This document shows, one piece after another, positions 11,090-21,121 of a stretch of DNA of 64,000 nucleotides. The translations under genes were made by a program, and so were the position numbers. Below the pieces are notes generated by a model. It did not search any database. It was not told the origin of the DNA and saw only the letters and a program-made list of their open reading frames with translations. The stretch lies in contig NZ_JBBALR010000004.1 in assembly GCF_040402895.1 (NCBI RefSeq), forward strand, positions 90,080 to 154,079. The letters are read 5' to 3'. Source of the DNA: Flavobacterium sp. Its GTDB lineage: Bacteria; Bacteroidota; Bacteroidia; Flavobacteriales; Flavobacteriaceae. The stretch's first letter is position 1. Every line of letters begins with the position of its first letter.

Positions 11090-12448
11090 TTACTTAAAGT
11101 TTTTTTCAATAGCTTTTATCATTTCTCCTGCAATATCTTTTTGAGTGGCACCTTCAATTCCTTCAAGTCCTGGAGATGAATTCACCTCTAATAATAGAGG
11201 TCCTTTTGTTGAACGAATAATATCTACTCCAGCCACTTTTAAATTCATTGCTTTAGCAGCTTTGATTGCAATTCTTTTTTCATCAGGAGTAACTTTTACA
11301 ATTGAGGCCGATCCGCCCAAATGAATATTTGCACGAAATTCTCCTGGAGCCGCCTCTCTTTGCATGGCTGCTACCACTTTTCCGTCTACTACAAACAAAC
11401 GTAAATCTTTTCCATTAGCCTCCTTAATGAATTCTTGTACTAAAATATTGGCATTCAAACTTTTAAATGCATTAATAACGGATTCGGCTGCTTTTTTAGT
11501 TTCTGCCAAAACGACACCTTTTCCTTGTGTTCCTTCTAATAATTTCACAATTAATGGTGAACCTCCTACCATTTTTATTAAATCATCTGTATCTAATGGA
11601 GAATTTGCAAAACCCGTTGTTGGGATATCTACTTCGTTGTTTAATAACAATTGTAATGAAAAAAGTTTGTCTCTTGATTGTGTTATGGCAGCTGCATTGT
11701 TTAAAACATATACTTTTAGCGCTTCAAATTGCCTGGTAAGTGCACAACCGTAATAGGTCATACTTGGTCGAATACGAGGAATTATGGCATCAAAATCTTT
11801 TAAAACCAAACCACCACGATAGTGAATTTCAGGATTAGATGCACTTAATTTCATATAACAATATTTGATGTTCAAAAAATGCATTTCGTGTCCACGCATT
11901 TCTCCGGCTTCAATAATTCTTCGGTTACTATACAACTCTGGATTACTCGCTAATAGACCTATTTTTAACCCTTTTTTCTCAGGTTCATTATAATAATATT
12001 CTTTTAAGCTTTCTGATGTGGGTTGACCTAATTCAAACTTTTTTTCAGGGTCAACTATCAATCTTCCCACCATTGCTTCTCTTCCTAGTAACATTCTGAA
12101 ACCCATTGAATCTCTATTAGTAAGTGTAACCTCAACTTGCCAGTTATGATTTCCCAAACCTACTTCTGTTCGAATTACATATCGCTTTTCTCTGGTTCCA
12201 TTAGAGCTTTTTATGATTCGTTGATCGACTAATTGTGCTTCACAATGAATAATAGATTTTGAATTATTTTGGATTGGATTAATATCAAATTTTAGCCAAT
12301 CTTCACCATTCTTATCAAATACTTTGATATCAATAGCATGTAATGCGGATGTTTTAGCTCCTGAATCTACTCGTGCTTTTATCGCGGGAATTCCTAATTG
12401 TGGGAACGAACACCATTCTTCACTTCCAATTAATGTTTTATCTTGCAT
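11090..12448 (-). CDS. rimK: RimK-family alpha-L-glutamate ligase fused to an N-terminal ATP-dependent zinc-protease-like (retropepsin-like) domain
   Basis: 452 aa. The N-terminal ~140 aa match the RimB/COG4067-like domain ([26 protein letters not shown]). The C-terminus is an ATP-grasp domain ([39 protein letters not shown]). Confidence 0.85.
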   Translation of the reverse strand: MQDKTLIGSEEWCSFPQLGIPAIKARVDSGAKTSALHAIDIKVFDKNGEDWLKFDINPIQNNSKSIIHCEAQLVDQRIIKSSNGTREKRYVIRTEVGLGNHNWQVEVTLTNRDSMGFRMLLGREAMVGRLIVDPEKKFELGQPTSESLKEYYYNEPEKKGLKIGLLASNPELYSNRRIIEAGEMRGHEMHFLNIKYCYMKLSASNPEIHYRGGLVLKDFDAIIPRIRPSMTYYGCALTRQFEALKVYVLNNAAAITQSRDKLFSLQLLLNNEVDIPTTGFANSPLDTDDLIKMVGGSPLIVKLLEGTQGKGVVLAETKKAAESVINAFKSLNANILVQEFIKEANGKDLRLFVVDGKVVAAMQREAAPGEFRANIHLGGSASIVKVTPDEKRIAIKAAKAMNLKVAGVDIIRSTKGPLLLEVNSSPGLEGIEGATQKDIAGEMIKAIEKNFK

Positions 12449-12501
12449 TTGAAAATAATTTAAAATCTAATGTACTATTATTTTTATTTTAATACGATAT
12501 A

Positions 12502-14376
12502 TTATTGTTGTTTTTTTGGAAATATATTGTCCTCCTTTTTTACGTCTGCCATTAAATCACTTGGATCAATAACTACAGATTTTATATTCCCTTTTTGTAA
12601 GTCAATTTCTATTGTATACGTTGGTATAGCCCAATCCCATCCTAATAAAACGTTTCTTTTTAAAGTAAACGGATTTGATTTTTCCCAACGCATTAAGGTA
12701 TTTGGAATATAAAAATACTCTTTAGTACCGTTTTCAAATTCTACAATTACATCTAAAGGCATTGGCATTCTACCTTTTCTTTCAAAAGTAATTTTATTAT
12801 TTTCCACCGATTTAATGGCGTAATCAATTGTATTTGTGGTTTGCGTCCATTCATTTAGATACCAATCTAAGTTGGCTCCCGAAATTTTTTCGGCGGTTCG
12901 CTTAATATCATTAGGCGTTGGATGTGTAAATTTATAATCTGAATAATATTTTTTTATGGTTTTGTCTAAATTTTCTTGTCCAATGATATACCCCAATTGT
13001 GCTAAAAATATTTCACCTTTACTATATGCACCAATACCATAGGATTGGTTAAAATCGTATCTATCCGCATGCGTCGTTAACGGTTGTTCTTTTCCTGAAT
13101 TGGCTAAAAAAACATAGTTATTGTAGGAATCTGCAAACGGGCTTTCTGGCTCTTTTGGTGGTAAAATTTGGTTCATAGCCAAATTAGAAATATAAGAAGT
13201 AAAACCTTCATCCATCCAACAATGTTTTGATTCATTAGTAGCTAAAATATGTTGAAACCAACTATGCGCAAATTCATGAGCGGTTACACCAACCAAACTG
13301 CCATAACTTCTATTTCCTGTAATCAAAGTACACATAGCATATTCCATACCCCCATCGCCACCTTGAATAACAGAATATTGTTTGTACGGATATTGTCCCA
13401 CATTTTTATTGAAATACGCTAATAATTCAGCAGTTTTAGGCTGCATTTTTTTCCAATTTTCTAGATTTTCTTTCTTATTTTTATAAAAGAAATGCAATTC
13501 GGTTTCATTTTCACCCATAATTTTATCATGAATGTATTCTGGATCGGCTCCCCAAGCAAAATCATGAACATTTGGAGCTATGAAATGCCAAGTTAAGGAT
13601 GATGTTTTTTTCGGATAAGTAACCACAACACCTGCATCTTCGTATCCTTTTCCAATTTCATTTTTATTTTGAAGATACCCAGTACTTCCAATGGTATAAT
13701 CTTTGTCTAAAGTAATTTTAACATCAAAATTTCCCCAAACACCATGAAATTCTCTTGCGATATACGTATCTGCATGCCATCCTTCAAAATCATATTCCGC
13801 CATTTTAGGATACCATTGCGTCATAGATAGCGCTACATTTTCTTCTGAATTTCTACCAGAACGACGAATTTGAAGCGGCACTTGCCCATCAAAATCTAAT
13901 GTAAAAGTGGAACTTGATTTTGGTAAAATTGCCTGTGGTAAAGTAACTTCTAATATAGTGCCTACAACTCTACTTTGAGCTGACACGCCGTTTTGTTTAC
14001 AATTTGAAACCAACAAATACCCGATTTCGTTTGGCTTTAAGGTACTAATTCTACTTTCTTTTATTTCTTTTTTATCTTTTGTAAATTTACGAACCATGCG
14101 TTTGTCTGGATCTGTAATGGATTGCAAACGCATATCCATAGCACTTCCTGGCTGAAACGCATTTGGATACAAATGAAAAAAAACTTTCTTTAACGTATCG
14201 GGAGAATTATTGGTATATATTAGTTCTTGCGTTCCTTTATATTGGTATTTTTTTACATCCATATTTACATTCATTTTATAGTCAACATGTTGTTGCCAAT
14301 ATCCTGAATTTGGATTGTTTTGTGCAAAAGAAATCCCTGTTAAAAGAAGTAAAAAGTATTTTAATGTATTTTTCAT
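12502..14376 (-). CDS. M1 family metallopeptidase (secreted)
   Basis: Signal peptide, then gluzincin motif HEFAHSWF followed by WMDEGFTSY. Confidence 0.85.
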   Translation of the reverse strand: MKNTLKYFLLLLTGISFAQNNPNSGYWQQHVDYKMNVNMDVKKYQYKGTQELIYTNNSPDTLKKVFFHLYPNAFQPGSAMDMRLQSITDPDKRMVRKFTKDKKEIKESRISTLKPNEIGYLLVSNCKQNGVSAQSRVVGTILEVTLPQAILPKSSSTFTLDFDGQVPLQIRRSGRNSEENVALSMTQWYPKMAEYDFEGWHADTYIAREFHGVWGNFDVKITLDKDYTIGSTGYLQNKNEIGKGYEDAGVVVTYPKKTSSLTWHFIAPNVHDFAWGADPEYIHDKIMGENETELHFFYKNKKENLENWKKMQPKTAELLAYFNKNVGQYPYKQYSVIQGGDGGMEYAMCTLITGNRSYGSLVGVTAHEFAHSWFQHILATNESKHCWMDEGFTSYISNLAMNQILPPKEPESPFADSYNNYVFLANSGKEQPLTTHADRYDFNQSYGIGAYSKGEIFLAQLGYIIGQENLDKTIKKYYSDYKFTHPTPNDIKRTAEKISGANLDWYLNEWTQTTNTIDYAIKSVENNKITFERKGRMPMPLDVIVEFENGTKEYFYIPNTLMRWEKSNPFTLKRNVLLGWDWAIPTYTIEIDLQKGNIKSVVIDPSDLMADVKKEDNIFPKKQQ

Positions 14377-14400
14377 TTGTAATAATTTGACTTAAATAAG

Positions 14401-14442
14401 ATAACCACAAAGATAAACGAATACGTATCACTTTGTGGTTAT
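14401..14442 (-). terminator. hairpin downstream of the S8 peptidase gene
   Basis: 12-bp stem ATAACCACAAAG / CTTTGTGGTTAT with a 18-nt loop. The T-run is weak on the minus strand. Confidence 0.45.
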
Positions 14443-14453
14443 TATTTTTTTGA

Positions 14454-16052
14454 TTATTTTTTTGTCATTTTTTCAGCTAAAAGTAAGGCGTTGTAGGCGT
14501 TTACTATTTTTCCTGATTTAGAAATTTCAGAAAAAATTGCTTTGTGTTTATCTTCACCAACAGAAATCATATTTTTTAACAATATACCACTTTCCATAAT
14601 AATTTGTTTCACCTCTATAGCTGTTAAACTTGGATAGTAAGATCGAATTAATGCCGCCACACCTGCCACATTTGGCGAAGCCATTGAAGTACCTTGTAAA
14701 TATTCATAGGTATTTAAAGGAGTCGTTGCATAAATTTTTTCACCTGGAGCAAAAATATCAACATTATTTTTTCCATAATTAGAAAAAGATGCCACCATTT
14801 TAGATCCGTAATCTGGAGTAAGAGCACCAATAATTAAAACGTTTTTAGCAAATTCAGGTGAATTATCGTACGTATCATTTGGATATTTATTCGTCACATC
14901 TAAATCATACGATTCGTTTCCTGCAGCAATTACTAAAAGTACATCTTTAGATTCTGCATATTTTATGGCATCAATTACTAATTCTTTATTTTGAGAGAAA
15001 TATTTTCCAAAAGAACCATTAATAACTTTTGCTCCATTGTCTACAGCATAACGAATTCCTAAAGCAATATCTTTATCATATTCATCACCATCAGGAACTG
15101 CTCGAATAGCCATGATTTCTACAACTGAACTAGCCACACCATCACCTCCTTTTTTGTTTCCTCTAACTTGCGCCACAATACCAGCCACATGCGTACCATG
15201 TTTTGCTTCTTTTGGCTCAGGACCTATCACATTATTATTGCCGTACTTTCTATCATTAATATCATCTGGATTGTCGTCAACTATTTTTCTGCCATCGTAT
15301 TCTACATTCAAATTATAATTTAATTGTCCATAAACATGGTCTTTATAATCAATAATTTCTTTATCAAACTCTGCTTTAGTCATTCCAGTTAAAAACTGAG
15401 AAAACATAGCTTTAGCTTGTAATAAACTTTGCTCTTTGGTTTCAATTTTTTTTACTTCTTCTAAGGTAAAATCATCTTTTTTTAGATACGATTTAATAGC
15501 CTTTTCAGCGTTTAAAATCATATCTAATTGCTGCTTATCTTGTTGCAAAACTTTAAGCTCTTCATCTAATCTAGCTTTTGCTTTGCTATATTCTGGAGTA
15601 CTTGGTCCTCTTTTTACAATACGAGTCATTTCTAATTGTTCATGAATAGCATCGCCTAAAAAATTCCAACCATGAATATCATCTATGTATCCATTATTAT
15701 CGTCATCAACGTTATTTCCAGAAATTTCTTTTGGATTGGTCCAAATAACAGATTTTAAATCTTCGTGATTAATATCTACACCAGAATCTACAATTCCAAC
15801 GATAACTTTTGTTCCTTTTTTACCTTTTAATACTTCTGCATAAGCTTTATCCACACTCATACCTGGCACTGTGTCTTTTACTAAGTCCAAATGACTCCAA
15901 CGTTGCAAGTCTTTTTCTTTTAACGGAGTAGTTTTTAATGGCATTCTATCAATATTCTCAATCGGAGTTGAAACCATTTTGGCTGAACCGCATCCAGATA
16001 AAACAAGTGCTAAAGCAAGTGATAGAAATAAAGGTTTAAATTGAATTTTCAT
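14454..16052 (-). CDS. S8 family serine peptidase (subtilisin-like lipoprotein)
   Basis: Lipobox LSGC. Catalytic D/H/S motifs VGIVDSGVD, HGTHVAGIV and GTSMASPNVAG. Confidence 0.87.
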   Translation of the reverse strand: MKIQFKPLFLSLALALVLSGCGSAKMVSTPIENIDRMPLKTTPLKEKDLQRWSHLDLVKDTVPGMSVDKAYAEVLKGKKGTKVIVGIVDSGVDINHEDLKSVIWTNPKEISGNNVDDDNNGYIDDIHGWNFLGDAIHEQLEMTRIVKRGPSTPEYSKAKARLDEELKVLQQDKQQLDMILNAEKAIKSYLKKDDFTLEEVKKIETKEQSLLQAKAMFSQFLTGMTKAEFDKEIIDYKDHVYGQLNYNLNVEYDGRKIVDDNPDDINDRKYGNNNVIGPEPKEAKHGTHVAGIVAQVRGNKKGGDGVASSVVEIMAIRAVPDGDEYDKDIALGIRYAVDNGAKVINGSFGKYFSQNKELVIDAIKYAESKDVLLVIAAGNESYDLDVTNKYPNDTYDNSPEFAKNVLIIGALTPDYGSKMVASFSNYGKNNVDIFAPGEKIYATTPLNTYEYLQGTSMASPNVAGVAALIRSYYPSLTAIEVKQIIMESGILLKNMISVGEDKHKAIFSEISKSGKIVNAYNALLLAEKMTKK

Positions 16053-16103
16053 TTTTTATAAATTTTATTTTAATTAATTTATTATTTGTATATATTATTA
16101 CAA

Positions 16104-17432
16104 TTATTCATATTTTATTTTAAATATAGAAACAGCATTTCCACTTTTAAGCACGCTATCTTTTCCTTGCGAAGTTACAATTAATTGTGTTCCATCATGC
16201 GAAATTGCCATTCCTACTGGAAATTTAGATACATCCTTACTTGCAATTACTTTCATTTCTTGGGCGTCTATTACTACTACTTTACATTCGTTGTTTACAC
16301 ACGCAAAAATATATTTTCCGTCTGTAGTTGTTTCAATTGTTCTTGCACCAAAGCCAACATTTACGGTTTGCCAATTTGAATAATTTACTAGGGTTTTTTC
16401 ATTTTCAAATGGAAGTTTTAATAGTTCGGAAAGTTTTGCTTTTTGTACCACACCGTGTTTGTTTGAACTTAAAATTAAGTCATCATTATTTATAATTATA
16501 TGTCTTAAATTTCCTTTGGAACCAGTAATTGTTCCTATATACTTAAAGGTTTTTGTTTCAATAACTGCAATTCCATTTCCTCCCATTTTTGCTATAAAAA
16601 TATACTTTCCATCTGGTGAAAAAACAGTCCCACGAAGACAATTTCCACAGTCATTATCTCTATTTACTTTTTGTCCGTTTGCATAATTCATTGTTAAACG
16701 TCCATCAACTTCAATGTGTGAAACATACTTAAAATCCATAACATTATTAGACGAAATATCAATTATACCAACTGTGTTGTCACCCCAATGAGTAACCGAA
16801 ATAAATTTATTATCTGGTGAGCAGGCAATCATTTTAGGCAATGGCCCAGATGGAATTACTCTACTAATTTCGTCGGTTTCTGTGTTAATTATAGCAACTG
16901 CTGATGGAGATTCGGCATTTTCATCAAAATCTCGTCTATAAAAAGTAACCCACAAAAACTTTCCTTCATGCGACAAACAACTTTCTACTGGTTTGCCAAA
17001 AAAATGATTAAAATTATCTTTTTTCTGTTTAAATTGATAATTAAACGCTGTATTTTCGTTGTTTTTAAATAAATGTTTGTTTTTATCTGAAAAATGGTGT
17101 TTAATAGTTTTTATTTTTTTAAAAGAGTTGGCATCGTACACAACTGTTGCATAGCCTTCTAATGAATTTATATAAAATTTAGTGCCATCTTTTGAATAAA
17201 TTGCCGATTTAGGCGAATAAATATCTACATCGTATACATCTTTTTCCTCCTTTATTAAAGAATCAATTGAATGAATTCTTCGTTCTAATACCAATTCGGA
17301 AAATGTTCCGCTGGTTTTACAAATCTCTTTATTTTCTTTTTCTAAAATTGAAACTTTTGGTTTGTTTTCCAAAGGTTTGTTTTGGCATGCTGCTACACAT
17401 GCAAAGGCTAAAATTCCTAAAAAATAATTCAT
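16104..17432 (-). CDS. beta-propeller repeat lipoprotein (YncE-like)
   Basis: Start set at MNYFLGILAFACVAAC (lipobox), which overlaps the upstream stop as TAATG. The sequence is repetitive with Asp/Gly/Lys-rich turns (SPDGKYIF, TTDGKYIF, SHDGTQLIV), typical of propeller blades. Confidence 0.6.
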   Translation of the reverse strand: MNYFLGILAFACVAACQNKPLENKPKVSILEKENKEICKTSGTFSELVLERRIHSIDSLIKEEKDVYDVDIYSPKSAIYSKDGTKFYINSLEGYATVVYDANSFKKIKTIKHHFSDKNKHLFKNNENTAFNYQFKQKKDNFNHFFGKPVESCLSHEGKFLWVTFYRRDFDENAESPSAVAIINTETDEISRVIPSGPLPKMIACSPDNKFISVTHWGDNTVGIIDISSNNVMDFKYVSHIEVDGRLTMNYANGQKVNRDNDCGNCLRGTVFSPDGKYIFIAKMGGNGIAVIETKTFKYIGTITGSKGNLRHIIINNDDLILSSNKHGVVQKAKLSELLKLPFENEKTLVNYSNWQTVNVGFGARTIETTTDGKYIFACVNNECKVVVIDAQEMKVIASKDVSKFPVGMAISHDGTQLIVTSQGKDSVLKSGNAVSIFKIKYE

Positions 17433-18289
17433 TATAAAATGTCGTTGCATGTAAAAACCTCTTTTAATCTTACCCCTTTTTCTGTTTTTTCTACAGTAAT
17501 AATTTGATTATGTGCGTCATGCTCTAAAAACAAATAGTAATTATTTTCAGCAGCTGCATTCATAAATTTGGTTTTTTCGTCCATTGTTAAAAGTGGTCTT
17601 GTATCATATCCCATAACATAAGGGATAGGAACGTGCCCAGCAGTTGCTAATAAATCGGCACAAAAAACAATTGTTTTTCCTTTATAATTAATGTGTGGAA
17701 GCATTTGTTTTTCGGTATGACCGTCTGCAAAAAAGATGCCAAAATCTAATTCTGAAGTTGCAAGATAATCACCATCAGTGCGATTAATAAATTTCAACTG
17801 ACCACTTTCTTGCATTGGCAAAATATTTTCAATCAAAAAAGAGGCTTTTTCCCGAGAATTAGGTTTTGTTGCCCATTCCCAATGGTTTTTATTTGTCCAA
17901 TAATTAGCGTTTTTAAATGCTACTTCATAACCTGTTTTATCGTTATTCCAATTTACAGAACCTCCACAATGATCAAAATGCAAATGCGTCATGAAAACGT
18001 CTGTAATATCATCTTTATGAAATCCAAATTTTGCCAAAGACGTATCCAAACTTTCATCTCCCCAAAGAGAGTAATAGCCAAAAAATTTATCGGATTGTTT
18101 GTTTCCCATTCCAGTGTCTATTAATGTCAGTTTATTTCCATCTTCAATTAGCAAACATCTGGCAGCAATATCTATTAAATTATTCGCATCAGCCGGATTG
18201 GTTTTATTCCATATGGTTTTGGGAACAACACCAAACATAGCACCACCGTCTAACTTAAAATTTCCTGCCTCGATTGGATATAATTTCAT
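17432..18289 (-). CDS. MBL-fold metallo-hydrolase
   Basis: Metallo-beta-lactamase motif HLHFDHCGG. 285 aa. Confidence 0.8.
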   Translation of the reverse strand: MKLYPIEAGNFKLDGGAMFGVVPKTIWNKTNPADANNLIDIAARCLLIEDGNKLTLIDTGMGNKQSDKFFGYYSLWGDESLDTSLAKFGFHKDDITDVFMTHLHFDHCGGSVNWNNDKTGYEVAFKNANYWTNKNHWEWATKPNSREKASFLIENILPMQESGQLKFINRTDGDYLATSELDFGIFFADGHTEKQMLPHINYKGKTIVFCADLLATAGHVPIPYVMGYDTRPLLTMDEKTKFMNAAAENNYYLFLEHDAHNQIITVEKTEKGVRLKEVFTCNDIL

Positions 18290-18392
18290 GATTTATATTT
18301 TTTGCCAAATTACAAAAATTTCAATAAAAGAAAACTATGAAAATATAAGTTATAAAAATGTTATCAAACCTTGTAAAAAGTATTTTATGGTT

Positions 18393-18400
18393 TATCTTTG
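18393..18400 (+). promoter_or_regulatory. candidate -7 box TATCTTTG upstream of sufA
   Basis: Matches the Bacteroidota sigma-A -7 consensus TAnnTTTG, 63 nt before the sufA ATG. Confidence 0.45.
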
Positions 18401-18463
18401 CAGTGTTAATTTAGACAAAATCAAAATAAGGAATACGAAACCAATATAATTAATAACTAAGTT

Positions 18464-18793
18464 ATGATAAAAGTATCTGAATCTGCAAGTAAAAAAATTA
18501 TTGATATGATGAAGGAAGAAGGTTTTGATGCTGCTACTGATTACGTTCGTGTTGGCGTAAAAAGTGGTGGTTGTTCTGGACTTTCTTATGAATTAAAATT
18601 TGATAAAGAGTTAGGTGAAAATGATAAAGTTTTTGAAGACAGTAATGTCAAAATTGCTGTTGAAAAAAAATCATTTTTGTATTTAGCAGGAACTATTTTA
18701 GAATTCTCAGGAGGATTAAACGGAAAAGGATTTGTTTTTAATAACCCAAATGCGCAAAGAACATGTGGTTGTGGAGAAAGTTTTTCGCTTTAA
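18464..18793 (+). CDS. sufA: iron-sulfur cluster assembly accessory protein (HesB/IscA/SufA family)
   Basis: 109 aa. C-terminal CGCGESF plus an upstream GGCSG motif. First gene of the suf cluster. Confidence 0.85.
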   Translation: MIKVSESASKKIIDMMKEEGFDAATDYVRVGVKSGGCSGLSYELKFDKELGENDKVFEDSNVKIAVEKKSFLYLAGTILEFSGGLNGKGFVFNNPNAQRTCGCGESFSL

Positions 18794-18861
18794 AATAAAG
18801 TTTTAAGTTAAAATAACAACCAAATTATTAAACTTTTGACTTAAAAAATTTCAACAATAAA

Positions 18862-20310
18862 ATGAGTAAATATACAGAAGACGATTTAAAAGTCGAATTA
18901 GAAAATAAAGAATACGAATACGGATTTTATACTGAACTAGAATCGGAAACGTTTCCTATTGGTTTAAATGAAGATATTGTGCGTGCGATTTCTAAAAAGA
19001 AAAACGAACCACAATGGATGACCGATTGGCGTTTAGAAGCATTCGCCGCTTGGAAAGAAATGGAAGAACCTGAATGGGCAAATGTTAAGTACACAAAACC
19101 CGATTTTCAAGCAATAGCCTATTATTCGGCACCAAAAAAATCGGATCCAAATAAAACCTTAGATGATGTGGATGCAGAGTTATTAGAAATGTACAAAAAA
19201 CTAGGAATTTCTATCGACGAGCAGAAAAAAATGAATAATGTAGCAATGGATATTGTTGTTGATTCTGTTTCAGTAGCCACTACATTCAAAAAAACATTAG
19301 GCGAAAAAGGTATTATTTTTTGCCCAATATCAGAAGCTATTCATGAACATCCTGAGTTAGTTAAAAAGTATTTAGGAACTATTGTACCGCAAAAAGATAA
19401 TTTTTACGCCGCTTTAAATTCAGCCGTTTTCTCTGATGGAAGTTTTTGTTACATTCCAAAAGGCGTGAAATGTCCTATGGAATTATCAACCTATTTTAGA
19501 ATCAACCAAGGAGGAACAGGGCAATTTGAAAGAACTTTAGTAATTGCTGATGAAGGAAGTTATGTCTCTTATCTTGAAGGATGTACGGCTCCAAGTCGTG
19601 ATGAAAATCAATTACATGCTGCAGTTGTAGAATTAATTGCATTAGATGATGCAGAAATAAAATATTCAACCGTTCAAAACTGGTATCCAGGAAATAAAGA
19701 AGGAAAAGGTGGAGTATTCAATTTTGTAACCAAAAGAGGTTTGTGTGAGAAAAACGCAAAAATATCGTGGACACAAGTAGAAACAGGTTCTGCCGTAACA
19801 TGGAAATATCCATCTTGTGTTTTAAAAGGGGATAATTCTATTGGTGAGTTTTACTCCATTGCCGTTACAAATAATTTCCAGCAAGCAGATACAGGAACAA
19901 AAATGATCCATTTAGGTAAAAACACCAAGTCAACCATTATTTCAAAAGGAATTTCAGCTGGAAAATCACAAAACAGTTACCGTGGATTGGTTCAAATAAG
20001 TAAAAACGCTGACCATGCACGAAATTTTTCGCAATGTGATAGTTTACTTATGGGTAATAATTGTGGCGCACATACATTTCCATATATAGAAAGTAAAAAT
20101 ACAAGTGCCAAAATAGAACACGAAGCGACCACCTCAAAAATTGGAGAAGATCAAGTGTTTTATTGCAACCAAAGAGGAATTCCAACAGAAAAAGCAATTG
20201 CTTTAATTGTAAATGGTTTTAGTAAAGAAGTACTAAATAAATTACCAATGGAATTTGCAGTGGAAGCTCAAAAATTATTGGAAATTAGTTTAGAAGGCTC
20301 CGTAGGATAA
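18862..20310 (+). CDS. sufB: Fe-S cluster assembly protein SufB
   Basis: 482 aa. Conserved SufB core ([28 protein letters not shown]). Followed by sufC and sufD. Confidence 0.95.
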   Translation: MSKYTEDDLKVELENKEYEYGFYTELESETFPIGLNEDIVRAISKKKNEPQWMTDWRLEAFAAWKEMEEPEWANVKYTKPDFQAIAYYSAPKKSDPNKTLDDVDAELLEMYKKLGISIDEQKKMNNVAMDIVVDSVSVATTFKKTLGEKGIIFCPISEAIHEHPELVKKYLGTIVPQKDNFYAALNSAVFSDGSFCYIPKGVKCPMELSTYFRINQGGTGQFERTLVIADEGSYVSYLEGCTAPSRDENQLHAAVVELIALDDAEIKYSTVQNWYPGNKEGKGGVFNFVTKRGLCEKNAKISWTQVETGSAVTWKYPSCVLKGDNSIGEFYSIAVTNNFQQADTGTKMIHLGKNTKSTIISKGISAGKSQNSYRGLVQISKNADHARNFSQCDSLLMGNNCGAHTFPYIESKNTSAKIEHEATTSKIGEDQVFYCNQRGIPTEKAIALIVNGFSKEVLNKLPMEFAVEAQKLLEISLEGSVG

Positions 20311-20346
20311 TCAAAATATAAATCAGAATAAAAACACATTCATACC

Positions 20347-21111
20347 ATGTTACAAATTAAAAACTTACACGCTTCAGTAGAAGACAAAGAAATATTAAAA
20401 GGAATTAATTTAGAAGTAAAAGCAGGAGAAGTTCACGCGATTATGGGACCAAATGGTGCTGGAAAAAGTACCCTTTCGTCAATAATTGCTGGAAACGAAA
20501 ATTATAAAGTAACTGCCGGCGAAATTATTTTAGAAGGGGAAGACATCTCAGAATTAGCACCCGAAGAAAGAGCTCATAAAGGCGTTTTCTTATCTTTTCA
20601 ATATCCTGTTGAAATACCTGGTGTTTCGGTAACGAATTTCATGAAAACGGCTATTAATGAATCGCGTAAAGCACGTGGACAAGAAGATATGCCTGCTAAT
20701 GAAATGCTAAAATTAATACGTGAAAAATCAGAATTATTAGAAATCGATAGAAAATTCTTATCTCGTTCTCTTAACGAAGGTTTTTCTGGTGGAGAAAAAA
20801 AACGAAATGAAATTTTTCAAATGGCCATGTTAGAACCAAAATTAGCCATTCTTGACGAAACAGATTCTGGATTAGATATCGATGCCTTACGAATTGTAGC
20901 TAATGGAGTAAATAAACTAAAAAATGAAACTAATGCCGTTTTAGTGATAACGCACTACCAACGATTATTAGATTACATAGTTCCAGATTTTGTTCATGTG
21001 CTAATGGACGGAAAAATTGTCAAATCAGGTGACGCCTCTTTAGCTTTAGAATTAGAAGAAAAAGGGTACGATTGGATAAAAAACGAATTAGTGGAAAGTC
21101 AAAAGTCGTAA
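20347..21111 (+). CDS. sufC: Fe-S cluster assembly ATPase SufC
   Basis: Walker A GPNGAGKST, signature FSGGEKKR, Walker B LAILDETDSGLD. Confidence 0.95.
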   Translation: MLQIKNLHASVEDKEILKGINLEVKAGEVHAIMGPNGAGKSTLSSIIAGNENYKVTAGEIILEGEDISELAPEERAHKGVFLSFQYPVEIPGVSVTNFMKTAINESRKARGQEDMPANEMLKLIREKSELLEIDRKFLSRSLNEGFSGGEKKRNEIFQMAMLEPKLAILDETDSGLDIDALRIVANGVNKLKNETNAVLVITHYQRLLDYIVPDFVHVLMDGKIVKSGDASLALELEEKGYDWIKNELVESQKS

Positions 21112-21116
21112 GTCAA
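21096..21116 (+). repeat. heptanucleotide tandem repeat AAGTCAA-AAGTCGT-AAGTCAA across the sufC stop codon
   Basis: Three 7-nt units read directly. The sufC TAA (21109-21111) lies inside unit 2/3. Same family as 37454-37488 and 57384-57446. Confidence 0.6.
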
Positions 21117-21121
21117 AAAAA

